A stretch of 64,000 nucleotides of DNA. It comes from Octopus sinensis. Taxonomy: Eukaryota. A program made the translations under genes and the position numbers. The stretch lies in the NCBI RefSeq assembly GCF_006345805.1, contig NC_042998.1, positions 180,544,001-180,608,000 on the forward strand. The letters are read 5' to 3'. The notes beneath the pieces were generated by a model. It saw nothing but the letters and a program-made list of their open reading frames with translations. It was not told where the DNA came from and did not search any database. Below are positions 12,755-28,202 of this stretch, in pieces; position 1 is the stretch's first letter, and each line of letters starts with the position of its first letter.

Positions 12755-15015
12755 TATATATACATATATACTCACATATATACACATACATGCATATATG
12801 CATGTATATATATACATGCATATAAATACTTACATACATAGGTGTATATATATACGCGTATATATGCGTGTGTGTGTATGCGTGTCCGTTGCTGGAAGGA
12901 TCAAGAAAAATGTATTCCAAAGAACTACTATAATTCTCATGGGCTGATAGTATATTAGTCGAGCGAGTATTATAGAATGTCGTTTATTATTATGCAATCT
13001 TTTACGTGCAAAATAAAACATGGCTGCACTTTGAGAAAAAGTGAGGAAGAATGAGATAAAATGAGAGGAAAACTAAACGAAGCAAAACAGGGAAGGGACA
13101 TAATAGTTATGCCCAATAGATTTGTTGGAATAGAAATTAACAATGACTAATGTGGTCAATTTGACAGAGAGCGGTTAAAGTTTGTGCGACTCTGTATCTA
13201 AACCGGTGAGGGTGTTTTTTTCCAGTTCAATTAAATACACTTGTCGATTAGATAGCATTTAGTGGAAATATCGGATCTACTATTCAGTAGGTTGGTGGAG
13301 TTCTTATATGTAAATAGAATTTTAGTTTCGACGGTTGTACAAACGCTGAACACATTTGACCTATTAACTTACAGCGTGGATCGTAGGGTAATCCACACTG
13401 TAAGTTAAGGGGCATGATATTTTGTGTCTTCAAGTCCCATTTATGGCAGGCTAAGCGATTTTTTGGTTTTTTGTCTACATGCGGGAAAGAAAACTGAAGT
13501 TTAGGATATCTTCTTTAAAAGTCACTTTCATATATACCAATCTCCCTTTCTTCCTTTACTTGTTTCTTTTTTTTTTCCTTTTGCCTATTTCTCTCTTTCT
13601 GTCCTTTCTATCCAGTTATTCCTCACTTTTTTCTCAGCGAGTAGCCATGTCTTATTTTGAGCCCAAGAGATTGCAAGAAAGTACTCGTCATTCTACAGAG
13701 TTTGTTTGACATTTACACAATCGAAGCATGGAATTTATAGTAGTTGACAGTTAAATAATGTGTGTGCGGGCGCTCGTGCGTGTGCGTGTGCTAAACCATT
13801 TTAGCAGCTCAGTAATTTGTATGCAACCAGTGTGTAATAGATAATCTACATTGTCTATACACAACCCTATTAACCCCAACGGTGTTCCATGTATATATAA
13901 GATAACAGAAATGGCACTAATTTCACGCACATCATATTCATTGCTAAATTTGCAGAAAGCCGTTAACACAGCTTCTTTTCAGATACAGTTAAATATTTTT
14001 AAATGTTCTGAAAAATTGTTACAAATGTATATAGACACATTAACAAAAATGTCAAGTGACATAGAATTCATTTTGCTTAGTATAGTGTATTTGGTAGGAT
14101 TATATTAACAGAACACGATTTTTGATTATTTTTGATTATTGAAAATACAGTAGTCATAATTAATAGAAATGGGTGTTTAAAATCTTAGGAATAAGTGTAA
14201 ATGAAATATATTTGCTTTCAAACGTTATCAAATGCTTATCAGACAATGAGGAATTTTACTGTTTCCCCATTCAATGACTAATCGTTTAGGGACTAAATCG
14301 AAATTATATATATATCTGAAAAAGAGACATATATGAAGATTTATTTTTGTACTCGCCAATTTCATACTTGGCTACGTCTGAATACTTGATGCTAGCATAT
14401 TTGTATACTTCATATGGAACACTACTAATCGAAAAATACATGACGCATACGTGAAAATAAATATTTATGAAGTGTAAATTATTTATCGATGAAAAAGGAA
14501 GGAAAAAACATCATAAATGATACATTTTTAATCGATTATATATTTTCAATGAATATAAGGTTAATAAATCATGATCGAATGTCTGAGAAATATGACTGAA
14601 TCGATAAAAATGACAAAACGGAATTGGACGTCGAAATAAGAATAACATAAAATCATTATTTCAATTTATTAGATATGGTGAGATCTGACCTGCAATAAAA
14701 ACCATTGCGTTGTGCCATCTGGAATTCTATGATTAAGCACCAACAAAAAATTGTGTCGATTGGCAGAGCTGTGTGAAATGAAATTATGGAATTAAGCGAA
14801 CTCAACTTGATTGCAGTTTCGTTACTTTCGCGCGAATTCTACAGAAATGATAACAGCTATCTCTTTCAGAAGAGATACCCCATCGTTTTTTATTTATTAT
14901 ATTCTTGTTTCAATAACATACCACTCGAATTCTACATTATTACTGTGCAATCGCATTAAGTGCGTGAGGGGACGGAAAGATCATTATCAATATTACTATT
15001 GCTGTTCTTTGAGAT

Positions 15016-15018
15016 TAT

Positions 15019-15071
<53 letters not shown>

Positions 15072-15077
15072 TTGTCA

Positions 15078-15139
<62 letters not shown>

Positions 15140-15140
15140 T
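15016..15140. repeat. Compound (CTA)n/(TTA)n trinucleotide repeat
   Basis: Directly visible. Confidence 0.95.
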
Positions 15141-16175
15141 CTATCTACTTGCAGTGCTAATAATCATTTCCCAGTGGTGTCGCTTCCTCTAAAACAGATT
15201 TGTCACTCAGAAGCGAATCGACAAACATAATTGCTTTCTCAAGCGTGATACCGGTCTAGGCTCCCTCAGAATTCAAAATGCATTGATCATTTCAAAAGAT
15301 ATCATCATGCGATTTGTAATTGTTATGGATTTTCTGAAACTTTGATTGGTTACATTCTGAAGAAGATTTTTGATTTAGTAGTAAATCGTGTGGACATTGA
15401 ATTAATAAAAGGAGCACAGCATATTCCCTGATGAAATCTGAAAGCATCTGCATGAGGTTGTTTATGGTCAACACATCAAACTAATGTGTCAAGGCAGATC
15501 TCATGTAGTTAAATTTGACTAGATGCAGGAAAGATAAATATATATTTCTACGGAGAATATCTATAGGCACCGACGTACATCTTGCACGCACTTTAAAATA
15601 CATATCTGGATATCGGCCTACGTTTATATGAATGAGAGGAAGCGTGTATACATTAACACAAATAACTATATTTACGGGCCCATACTACTTGCACTATTGA
15701 CAATAGCAAAGTCTAACCTTACAAATCAACCAATATAAGTATATTTATACATATATCTCGATATATACCTATATGAGTTATATTTGATGTATTTGATGCG
15801 TATATGATGTGTATATTATGCGTAAACAGAAGCATCGACATATGCACACAAAAAAGCGCATACATACAAAAACACATGCACACACACAACAATTTGACAC
15901 TCCACCGCCTCAAGTGACTTCACGCGTGTGTCCGATGACCTTGATTTAGAGAGTGTATAAAGCGTAAGAATACAGAAAATCCGAGTAGCAACGATTCGAA
16001 TCATCAACCTTATGCAATTAAATGCTACTTCTTTTATGAACTACTCTTTTGTAGATTTACTTTTAAATGTGTATATGTGTGTGTGTGCGTATTATTCAAA
16101 ACAGTTTGATTTGGAATCCGTATGTATGTATGTATGTATGTATGTATGTATGTATGTATGTATGTATGATGTATG

Positions 16176-16238
<63 letters not shown>

Positions 16239-16487
16239 GTATGTATGTATGTCCGAATTCGGGTATCCCACCAGACTGAAGAGACAGGTTCCTTTACGAG
16301 CCAGCGAATCTTGAAGTAGCACGGAATTCAAATTAAACTGATTTGAATAATACATTTAATTCCAAATAAATGTACTAAGTGTCCTTTCTTTCGTTTGTCC
16401 ACTCACTCGGATATATAGATACACACAAACGCACATACATATATGTAGGTATACATACATACATACATACATACATACATACATACA

Positions 16488-16519
<32 letters not shown>

Positions 16520-17419
16520 CCATTCTTTAACGAAAATAGTATTGAGAGTTTCGTCGAAGTTTCGGCTAGCTAAGCCATCATCGGACTGTGATACATTTGG
16601 CTTTATAAAGTTAGTGTTCAGTTAAAATTTCTTCTTGGGTAGATGAAAGTCTGTAGAATGTCTTCAAGGCGTATTATGGGAAATGCTTCTATAAATTTGG
16701 GGTTGTGCTCTTATTCAGAACTTATTTATGCATACTTTCAAACTTTGTAATTATTTGTGACTACCTTTCAGCTTCAGGTCCGCCTATTGTTTTCTAGGTT
16801 TTGACAAGAGACTGAAGGTAGGTAAAAGGTGTTTGTTGTTCATCAGAGGTCTCACGAGGCTTAGTTATTTTGGGTTTTGTTTGCGTGCTAAAGGGAAATT
16901 TAACTTTTTATTTTGAGAAGCTGAAGACTAAAGTTCAGAGGTCAGTCAAGCATTTAAAACTTTGCAACTAGGAGTGTTTATTTAGGTGCGTCAGATTTTT
17001 CGGTCATGAAGGTTTTAATGTAGGTAACAAATTTAGTTGGTCAGCAGGTGTTTTTTAGAAAACTTCGCCTTTTTGTATTAGTTAAGCATATCTTAGTGGT
17101 GTTAGAACAGAAACTTGTTCACCTGATGTTTTAGTATTCTCAAGAGTCTGATGGTAGGTGTAAAGGTCGGTCGGTCAGCATATGTTTCTCCAGAAATTAA
17201 TTGTTTTCAAAGTTTTTTTTTTTTTACTTGTTTCAGTCATTTGACTGTGGCCATGCTGGAGCACCGCCTTTAGTCGAGCAAATCGACCCCGGGACTTATT
17301 CTTTATAAGCCCAGTACTTATTCTATCGGTCTCTTTTGCTGAACCGCTTAGTGACGGGGACGTAAACACACCAGCATCGGTTGTCAAGCAATGCTAGGGG
17401 GACAAACACAGACACACAA

Positions 17420-17483
<64 letters not shown>

Positions 17484-18450
17484 CGACGGGCTTCTTTGAG
17501 TTTCCGTCTACCAAATCCACTCACAAGGCATTGGTCGGCCCGGGGCTATAGCAGAAGACACTTGCCCAAGATGCCACGCAGTGGGACTGAACCCGGAACC
17601 ATGTGGTTGGTAAACAAGCTACTTACCACACAGCCACAGAGATTTAAACCTCTGTATTCTAGGGAGGCAACGTTTGTGGGCTATGCATTTTTATAAATAT
17701 TTCTTCTATTCGGATCTACGGGTAGCCAGTTTATAATATATTATTTTTGAAGTTTGAATATTTGCAAAACTTTGCAAGAATTATGCAAGAATATTTGCAA
17801 GAACTTTGAATATTAGACAGTATAAAATTGTGTACATAAAGTCATATTTAAAAAGTAGTAATATAAGAATAAATATAAACGATATTTTAAGCAGATTTAG
17901 TCCTCTGTTCTCATATGTGTGAACATGTAGGTGTATGCACTTACATTAGAAAACTTTTGAGGTAGCTTTGGAGGAAAGTTGGGAAACTTTTACATATTTT
18001 ATACAGTATTTGTCCAGTGAAAAGCTTTAATATACGGTTTTATCTATAATATGGGGATGACTTGTGATGAAGGCACGGGTAAGGAAAGGAAAAGGCGCCG
18101 AGATATAGTCATGTTTAAGCTGTCAGATAAACTATAGGCTTGAAATATTTTAATGATTTGAAGAGTTGGTTCCTGGATATGAAAATGTGGTACAAACTTG
18201 CCAGGGTTTTTGTTTCGTTCATATGGTAAGAGAAAAGCTGTCAATTTTCTACTAATAATTTTCCATTTTAATCTTTATTTATGTTTGAATAATGACACAT
18301 CATTTTTCCCATTTGTGTTGGAAAAAAGTGTCTATGCTGGTTGTATCGTATTTTGAACTAGTTTGCTGTACACCATATATATGAGGATGCAGTATTTGGT
18401 GTTGTGTTTGTGGTTACCGTTGTTCTATAGAAATAGGATTTGCGGGGCAA
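16520..18450 (-). mobile_element. Highly decayed Penelope-like retroelement (RT/GIY-YIG remnant with 3' hammerhead-like motif), interrupted by SINE A
   Basis: Minus strand 'NPGKFVPHFH' then 'FKPIV' (~18130-18210) resemble the PLE RT PxxFYxLPKIHK..RPIV motifs. Downstream is acagt-CCGATGA-tggct..agcc-GAAAC (16559-16589). Confidence 0.4.
17215..17637 (-). mobile_element. SINE family A
   Basis: Homologous to 11349-11821, slightly 5' truncated. Confidence 0.9.
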
Positions 18451-18737
18451 TTTTATTTTAGAGAGCAGGATAGAGAGATATTTATGTGCAAATTGTTGCT
18501 ATTAACTTCGAAACCATACATATATGTTGTACTTGTTTGTGAATTTTATATTCTTTACATCTTGTTGTCGTTATTTTGAGCTGACCTTTTTTCTAATAAA
18601 GTAGATAGCGTTTGTGTATTCATGGTTTGTGAAGATTATTTGCATTGATATTGGTTGCTTTTCTTCATAAATAATCTTACTCAAGTTAGATAACGCTTTG
18701 ATACTGTGCTGTCTAGTCCTGGGAAATTCTGTGGCGT

Positions 18738-19013
<276 letters not shown>

Positions 19014-19023
19014 CAATGAGCGC

Positions 19024-19266
19024 TCAGCCTTTTTTGCCGAACGACCTGCACAAATGATTTCTTTACAGTGATCAAATGTCCATGCCACACATTAGCTCAC
19101 TCTCTCCATTAAATCAATGTGATCTGAAGAGATGCACTGTGTCCCGCACGTCAGGCGTCGAAGTGATCGGAGAGCAACGTGTGATGAAGTATTTTGTTCA
19201 AGAACACAACGCACCATTCACTGCGCAATAGTGAGTCCATCACCTTAACTGCTAGGGCATGCGCTC
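19024..19266 (-). mobile_element. SINE family B (CORE-like domain), tail type 3
   Basis: Minus strand: gagcgcatg head, then 'gcgttgtgttcttgaacaaaatacttcatcacacgttgctc' shared with the other B copies, then an unrelated tail. Confidence 0.7.
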
Positions 19267-19653
19267 TCATATTGTGCCTTTAGTTTGCAAATTGCAAATA
19301 CTCACCTTAATAATTTACAATTCTCACTACATCGTTTTCGGAACAATTCAAAGTTTCCTACGGTATTCTCTATAAGAATGATAAGGTGAATTAAGTTTCT
19401 AACCCTCGATACAGTAATATGCCACTGATGAAGATGAATCAAATCTGAAATCATCTATGATATGACTCCATTCCACTTGCTGTATGGAGCTTGCCCCCTT
19501 GACATTCGTTAGAAAAGTAATCTCACATGATGAAGAGTTATCTTGACTCTTATTTCTAGCAATGCTGGTGCTGACTGGCACCCTAAGACACTTTAGGAAC
19601 GAATATACTTATGCATTTTAGTTGTAAATTGCGAATAACCACCTTAATAATTT

Positions 19654-19850
19654 ACACACACACGCGCATATATATGTATATATGTGTATATATGTACATA
19701 TATATATACATATATATATATATACATATATATATACATACGTATATACATATATATATATACATATATATATATACATATATATATATAATATATATAA
19801 TATATATATATTATATATATATATATATTATATATATATATATATTATAT

Positions 19851-19885
<35 letters not shown>

Positions 19886-19905
19886 TTATACATATATATA
19901 TATAT
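19654..19905. repeat. (TA)n microsatellite block
   Basis: Directly visible. Confidence 0.95.
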
Positions 19906-20096
19906 GTAATTTTCTAAAAGCTATGTATGCACAGACGTAGCTAGGCATAGGTTAGACTATTGAATTCCATATGTAATTACGCCAAGACAATCTTTGTTTA
20001 CCATGCTGCCAAAATATTTGAAGAAAGATACGAGTTCCCAAATTTCAATTTCGGAAAGCGCATCTAACTTTCCAGAGCAATCCTTATAACTGTACA

Positions 20097-20136
<40 letters not shown>

Positions 20137-21185
20137 TTTATTGTGGTTTGTTATGAAGCCCAACATGTGATATGACAGTGATATACTATCCACAGATATT
20201 TGTTGAACTTTAGAACTGTGTGCGATAACGTCATAGACATCAGCATAGAGTTAGAGAGAAGTTTAGTTTAAAATTTAGCTGCTTGAGGTTGAGCAATTTA
20301 ACAGTTCTGCTGTAAATGTGTGCGCGCGCGTTTGTGTGTGTGTCTATCAACACACACACATGCAAACACACACGCCTGCACACACACACGCACACAAGCA
20401 CGCGCGCGCACACACACACACACATATAGCCTTAGGGTATAGTTGGAAAAAGTTTCCAGAAAAATCTATTGTGAAATGTACGTCAACTAGCGTACGGATA
20501 TTATATCATTATATCACCCTGTATTTACATCACCATTGATGTAAGATAAGTCTGAATATTCTCTCCTATCATGTTGGAAGATCGTTCACAATAATTGTAA
20601 ATTTATCAAGACAATTAATTTTACAAGAATTGCCCTTAACGTATGATGATTTACTGAATCAAGGATCATAGTGAAGTCAATAGAGAAGTGATAATGGTCA
20701 AGGTTCTGTTTAGCTTTTATTTTGTACGTATCGAACACAAAATATCATGTCATAGATTCCTTGTCTAGCCCGAAAACCTGATCGCGATTCAGGAAGAAAA
20801 GATATCTCAGAGTGTTGGATGAATCTGTAAAGAATATTTCTGCATTAGATTTACGTGCAAACATATATTCATTTATACATATATGAATAGAGATATACAT
20901 TAATAAATAAGTATAAGCTAACATACACTCATAGATGCATATATCCATATATACATGCGAATTTCTTTATATCCTTGACTAAAGGGGAAAAAACATATCA
21001 AAACATATTTCATTTAATCTATCTAAATGAAATTGTAATTGATTTTACTAAATCACAGATTATATTGTAATTAATATTACTAGGTCATAAATTAGATTGT
21101 AATTAATATTACTAGATCACAAATTATATTGCAAATAATGTTATTGAATTAAAAGATTATGCTAATTATATTTCACAGTAAATTA

Positions 21186-21395
21186 ATTAAAAATGTTGGC
21201 ACAAAGTCATCAATTTCGAGGTGGGGGGAAGAGGATTACATCGACCTCAGTGTTCAACTGGTGACTATTATCGACCCCGAAAGGATGAAAGGTAAAGTCG
21301 ACCTCGGTGGTGTTTGAACTCAGAACGTAAAGACGGATGAAATGCCGCTAAGCATTTTTTCCGTCGCGGTAACGATTCGGCCAGCTCACCACCTT
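21186..21395 (-). mobile_element. SINE family C, tail type 2
   Basis: Reverse complement of the C head and core; direct repeat cacagtaaatta at 21174-85 and 21401-12 (TSD). Confidence 0.85.
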
Positions 21396-22889
21396 AGTAC
21401 CACAGTAAATTATTGTACTTACACTCTTCTCTTTATATGTCATGATAAATTATGTCTATGTAGAGGGCTCTAATGTATCGATGAAAGGAAGTGCTCAACC
21501 TGATTTGACATCAATGCAATTAAATATACGTACTTGCGTGGGTGCATTTAATGGTCATTCGACCTTTCAGATCCACAGGTTACTCACACACGCACACAAA
21601 CTTTATCCTTCTTTCAAACTGATGTGTGAATATATATACACAAAATCACAAATGTAGATACATGCACACATATGCGAAGTAACTATATGACAAAGATGGA
21701 GATTGTCCCGAAAAGATGCCGTCGATCGTCTGCTTGATCTGAGAGTCACCAACAATAGACACACTGACAATAATGACAAAGAAATATATTATCCGTCCGG
21801 ATGGACGAAAGCCAAATTTCACGCCTCCCATGTCAGATAACAAGCTAGATAACATAAGGAAATATCCAACTCATCCCTGCCCTATCCTTCTTGTACTATG
21901 TTGAATAATAGCGCTAACCTATTTTCTGCTAAAGTAACTTGGTCACAATCAGAAATAAGAGTTTCCGACATTTCAGTTTTACGCGTGTCAAATTAAAGGA
22001 TCATATAGACTTTTTACTTGTACCCAAATGCTCTTTCACTAATTCTGTATCTGGCTTTGCACAAATGTCTATCATTGAACGATTTCCTCCATTTTCTCCC
22101 TATTTCTATTCTCTCTCTCTCCTCCCACTCTCTTTACCCGCTTTCTCTCTCTCACTCTCATATCTCTTTTCTCCTTTTTGCCCTCTTAATTCCTTCTACT
22201 AATTACACTCTTATCCGCGCACACAGCCACCCTTCAGCCTAGGCGACAGATACAACACACACCTAAATACACGAGCCCCCAGTATGTTATTACTGTCTTC
22301 TGCATGTTATCCCTCTTCGCTAATGAGTTCAGTCCTTCACATTTAAACATGTAATAAATGATACGTTGACTTTTTGTCAAAAATATGTTCTAAATGACAT
22401 AACCACACAATTGGATTGTATAACATTACAAATGGAGTTAGTGTTCTACTGAACATATACACACACCGCACACACGCACACACACACATATATATATACA
22501 CACATATGTAGGTATACATATATATATACATGTGTCTGTGTGTATGTATATATATGTATGTATGTATACTTACGTTGCTAAATATTTCATCGTGCCTTCC
22601 AATTTCATAGTAATGATGAATAAAATGAATCTAGTTAATGTCAGATATATTTTTGGATGTTGCACAATGTTCATAAGTAATATATCATTGAATTGTTAAA
22701 AGGATATGCAAGTCTTTATTGCTGGGTAATAACATTTTCTTAATTTTTTTTTCTTTTAATTTTTCAATAAAAAAATATCATCAGTATAATCCTTTCAGCA
22801 CCTTCGAAAACTTAATGCAAAAACTATTCATTAAAAAATTATAAATACACTCTTAAGAAAGTTATGAGGAAAGTAACAGCAGCCATACG

Positions 22890-22922
22890 TGTACATACAC
22901 ACACTCACACACACACATACAC

Positions 22923-22982
<60 letters not shown>

Positions 22983-23028
22983 ATGTGTGTGTAGGTATAT
23001 ATGTATATATACACATATATATATATAA

Positions 23029-23073
<45 letters not shown>

Positions 23074-23079
23074 GAGTGT

Positions 23080-23158
<79 letters not shown>

Positions 23159-23160
23159 CT
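22890..23160. repeat. Compound (CA)/(TA)/(GA) microsatellite
   Basis: Directly visible. Confidence 0.95.
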
Positions 23161-23224
23161 GTAAGTGTAATGACATTTTAAACTAATATAAAATTCCTTT
23201 CTGATTGACTCGTAGCGAAAGGTG

Positions 23225-23395
23225 AATAATTAAACTGTCTCCGGTAACTGACCGATAAATATTTTTACTTACACCAAAAGGAAGAACTGTTAAGTTGACC
23301 TTGGCAAGATTTGAACGCAAAGCCTAAAAAGCTAGATATTAAAAAAAAACAAAAAAAAACAAGTAATTTGGGTAAGACCGTTAACGATTCTACCA
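23225..23395 (-). mobile_element. Old degenerate SINE family C
   Basis: 'aagttgaccttggcaagatttgaac' and 'taacgattctaccag' correspond to the reverse complement of the C head/B-box. Confidence 0.5.
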
Positions 23396-23638
23396 GACAC
23401 AAGATTTTCAGAAATTATTTCGAGTGTAAAATATTCCTCCTGTTACCGGAATACACCAGTACTACGAGATCCAGCAAAAATTGCGATAGAATTGGGAAGT
23501 TATTACGCAAGTATTTCAGCTGATCACTCTCGACGCTAGCACACTAGTTAGGAAAAGAAGGCGCAAAGAGACTTCCAAGTCCTAGCATTCAACGAATGAA
23601 TTATATGTTTGTATGTATACATACACGCACACTCACAA

Positions 23639-23703
<65 letters not shown>

Positions 23704-23742
23704 CAGACACGCACTGACTCTCTCTCTCTCTCTCATACACAC

Positions 23743-23773
<31 letters not shown>

Positions 23774-25032
23774 ACACATATATATATGTTTATATTGGGT
23801 GGTGGTGAGTGTGTATGTATGAAAACAAATTTCATTTCTGACAGAAGTGAAAGAATATCAGATATACGGCGAGGTAAATGTAGGGTATTATTTACAAAGA
23901 ATTACCTCGGTATATCTTCTAAATGTCCTCTACTCTGACATTTTGTATTTTTTCTGTATCAGTTTTCATCTTTCAGTTTTTATTGTATCGTTTAGAGGTA
24001 GTCGTGAGGTTACTTACGTATTCAATAATATGTTTATATAGACATTTAAAATAAACAAATACATTAGGAAATATAGGGAATAAAAGATAATTTTTACTGA
24101 AATTCCTAATGGTAAACATAAAGTGGAGATATGTATTGTTTATTTTCTCTTCATACTTGCAAATGTACCAAAGTATATTGGGAATATGGTGACTAATTTG
24201 CTTCAAACAATTTATTTTTATTACTAAGGCAGCTGTTTTATCCACACACGCGCACACTTATACAGATGTGTATGCCAGTGAAAGCATATATGTATATATG
24301 TTTGTGTGTGTGGGGGAGTCTACGTGTATGTGTATGTGTGTGTCTGTATGTGGTGTGTATGTGTATACACACATACACTCACACACACACACACATATAT
24401 AAATGCACACAGACATATGCTTAGATATATCGTTTAGTCATACACACACGTATATATTCGCTCATATATATATGCATATATATACATATAAACATACTTA
24501 TACCTACATACATACATACATACATACAGATATACATATATAAATATATATATAGATATATATATATATACGTATGTATGTATGTATAAGTATGTATATA
24601 TGTATATATATGCATATATGTATATACATATAAGCATATGTATATGTGCGTGTGCGCGCGTGTGTGTGTGTGCAATCTTGTGTGTATGAATGTTTTCTTC
24701 TTTGATTTTATCGTTTTGTTCTGTAACACAGCCGGCATTAAAACTAACAGACTGTTATTGCTAACTCTCCAACTCGTGTAAAAGCCACATATCGTTCAAA
24801 TCACATCATACTGTCTATAGAATGGAAGGACACGTTAGAAATGCTGAACCTTGATATGCCATGAATAAAAATCAGAGGTGAAGGCAGCGATTTGAAGGAC
24901 TTCTATATATTTCGGGTTTGCTGAATCAAGAGTGACAAAGAACGAAATAATAATAATAATCTAACGCTATAGCAGCTGACCTACACATTGAAACTGCAAG
25001 AAATCCATGGTAAAATTGTGACTTATGATGAC

Positions 25033-25190
25033 AGAATCGGTAGAGCGTTGGATGGAATATCTTGTGTCTTTGGTTTCATCCATTTATGTTTTTTGCTCAA
25101 ATCGCACCTGGGTGTATTTTACATTGATGCAATTGGTATTTGAAGTCGATGTAATTATCCATACAACAGTCGTTCTCAAACTGATAAATG
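25033..25190 (+). mobile_element. Old degenerate SINE family C
   Basis: 'cagaatcggtagagcgttgg...gtcgatgtaat' pattern of family C. Confidence 0.4.
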
Positions 25191-26154
25191 CCGCCTTCCC
25201 TATTGTCTAAAATGTACTGAAAATTCCACCCTATAATCACATTTTCTATATCAATGAAAAGAGATAATGGTGTTCTTACTTCGGTATGTTGTCCGGGAAG
25301 TTTAAACATGTAAAAGTGTTTCTCCTTTTTTATATTTCTTTCTTAAACAAATCAATTTGTCAGCTCCAATTTCCCTCTTCTGTGTACATTGTTGCCATAG
25401 GAAACACTGAGAAGTTAAGGAGCTATAGCATGAACTCACTCTAATGCCTGACATCAATATAAGGTAAACAGGTATGCATTGCTCCTCACCTTTCTCACCG
25501 ATTCATTACTTTGATTTATACAGGTGCTAAATGTCTCTTACTTATCGAACTCCTCATGGTTAGAGAAGTATATGTCTCATAATGACAACTGCTGACGTAC
25601 ATATAAATTCCAGAAGCTTAGCATTCACCTCCTGTTCCATTTTCTTCTTCTAACGTAGAATCTACTAATAGTGATCCAAGGCAAATTCCGAGGAAAACAT
25701 AAGATATATTACTTGGATATTTCCAATATCCTGATAGGCACTACTTTCTTCACAAGTAACCAATTTAGGTAGATTGCTCATTCTCATAAGTCACTTTTCA
25801 CTGGGCAGCTCCTTTCGATGAGCAAGTATTGGAAGATACGACATTTCCTCATTTGATCTTTTTTCTCCTCCCGCTCCATCGGCAATGTATGCACCCATAC
25901 ATAGATATTATGTAAGCAAAACAAGGTAGATTAACATAATCGTTATATGTATTCTATGAATATTGTGGTCTCCGCGCGATTATTCTAAAATGAATACATT
26001 TTCTATGTGAAATCTACAGTGAAATTGGTTTTTAAAGGAATGGCTGTATGTTCGCGTTTATGCACATAGTAATGCTAAACTCTCTTCTCTCTCTTTCCCT
26101 CTCTGTCTCATGTATGTATACGTACACACACGCACACACACATACACACACATA

Positions 26155-26395
<241 letters not shown>

Positions 26396-26509
26396 GTAAA
26401 GTCATACGTATGTATATGTATATATGTAGGGTATGATTTCTTGCAAATTTATTATTTCTAGCAAATCAAATGACCAAGTAGAAAACTCGGTCCTTGGCCC
26501 TCATATTTT

Positions 26510-26897
26510 TGATAAGAACCTTGCTTCCCAACGACGTGGTTCCACTGAATGGCACCCTGAGCAACTTTTATGTACTATAGCCGACTTGCGAGTGGAGTTG
26601 GTAGACGGAAACTGAAAGAAGCCCGTTGTAATATGTGTGTATGAGTATGTGTGCGCGTGTGTGTGTGTCCTTGTGCTTGTGTCTGTCCCCCACTACCGTT
26701 TGACAACCGGTTATGGTGAGGTTACGTCTCCCGTAACTTAGCAGTTCAGTATAGGCCATCGATAGAATAAGTATCAGGCATTAAAAAAAGTACTGGGATC
26801 GACTCAAATCGACTAAAAGTTCTTCAAGACGGTCCTCCAGCATAGCCGCAGCATAATGACTAAAACACGTGAAAGAAAAAAATAAAAGAAAAGATAA
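26510..26897 (+). mobile_element. Older SINE family A copy
   Basis: 'gagtggagttggtagacggaaactgaaagaagcccgt', internal (TG)n, 'gatagaataagta', 'ctccagcatagccgcag', (aaaga) tail. Confidence 0.8.
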
Positions 26898-26921
26898 GAA
26901 ACATAACAGCAGTTTTGTAAG

Positions 26922-27030
26922 ACTGATACTTATTCTTTCGGTTCTTTTGCAGAACCGCTAGCTTACGGAGACATAAACACACCAACTTCGGTTGTCAAAT
27001 GAAGGTGGGGCACAAACACAGACGCAAACG
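26922..27030 (-). mobile_element. Partial SINE family A (3' half fragment)
   Basis: 'tacttattctttcggttcttttgcagaaccgctag..acataaacacacc..cggttgtcaa'. Confidence 0.75.
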
Positions 27031-27036
27031 CACAAG

Positions 27037-27068
<32 letters not shown>

Positions 27069-27070
27069 AG

Positions 27071-27117
<47 letters not shown>

Positions 27118-27868
27118 ATGTATGTATTTAAACGTACACCTAAATATATATAGATGTATATATGTGTGTAAATGTGCATAATGTGTGTATACATGTGAAT
27201 CTCTATGTATATCTATATGTACATATACGTGTATGCAAGTCATATATATGTGTGTGTGTGCGTGTAGATAGGTATACGTGTGTGCGTGTGTTCATGTGTG
27301 TATAGAATAGTGTTTTGTGTTTGACTATTACAGTAATTTAATTGTTGTAGTGTCTACAATTATATTTAGTTTAATAATCAACTTTACAAGATGACGCATT
27401 TTGTGTTGCTGATGACATTGTGTATGCGTTCCTATGCACCACTTTGAAAGCAATATAAAGAGTAATTATGAAATAAAAATAATCTTGAATTCCAGTTTCC
27501 AAATCTAGAATAAAAATCGTATTGCCATTCATAACCTACCACTATTGGAGCATCCATATCACTTAAATATAATTATTCAACGAACCGTAAAATTGTTTCA
27601 ATATAAAATCGCCTTGGATTTCAATTGATAACGTAGTAATTTGGAATAATACATTTAGGAAATACTGTCTGAATTATTAAAGAATTATGTTCTGCGTGAG
27701 CCCTTTTTTAATACGTATTTTATTTGTAATGTTACCCTGCAGTAGATTATATTTGTTGCGCTATAATTAAGGCACGAAATTGAAGACTTTATCTATTATA
27801 CATGTATCATGTACATCATTTCTAAACGATAGACTGGTAAATATTTTAATTTATCTATAAATATAGAC

Positions 27869-27958
<90 letters not shown>

Positions 27959-28127
27959 GTGTGTGTATGTATATACATATACATGTATATATATACATAT
28001 ATTTATACGTATATGTATATATGTATATATATATGTATGTGTGTGTATGTATGTATGCATGTCTGTATGTATACATATACACGCGTATAAGTGCTAATGC
28101 ATGAAACACTCAGCTCTTGAGTCCCTC

Positions 28128-28150
28128 TCTTACTACTGATAAATATCAAT

Positions 28151-28202
<52 letters not shown>

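Noticed and set aside
14811-15230. Poly-Leu/Ile 'membrane protein' ORFs (also 32104-32432, 39446-39857, 59575-60177)
   Set aside because: Trinucleotide repeat artefacts.
16270-16325. CTGAAGAG hammerhead-like start
   Set aside because: No matching stem II partner or GAAA found.
19957-20100. 'FFKYFGSMV' LINE RT-like motif
   Set aside because: Isolated short match with no supporting neighbouring motifs.
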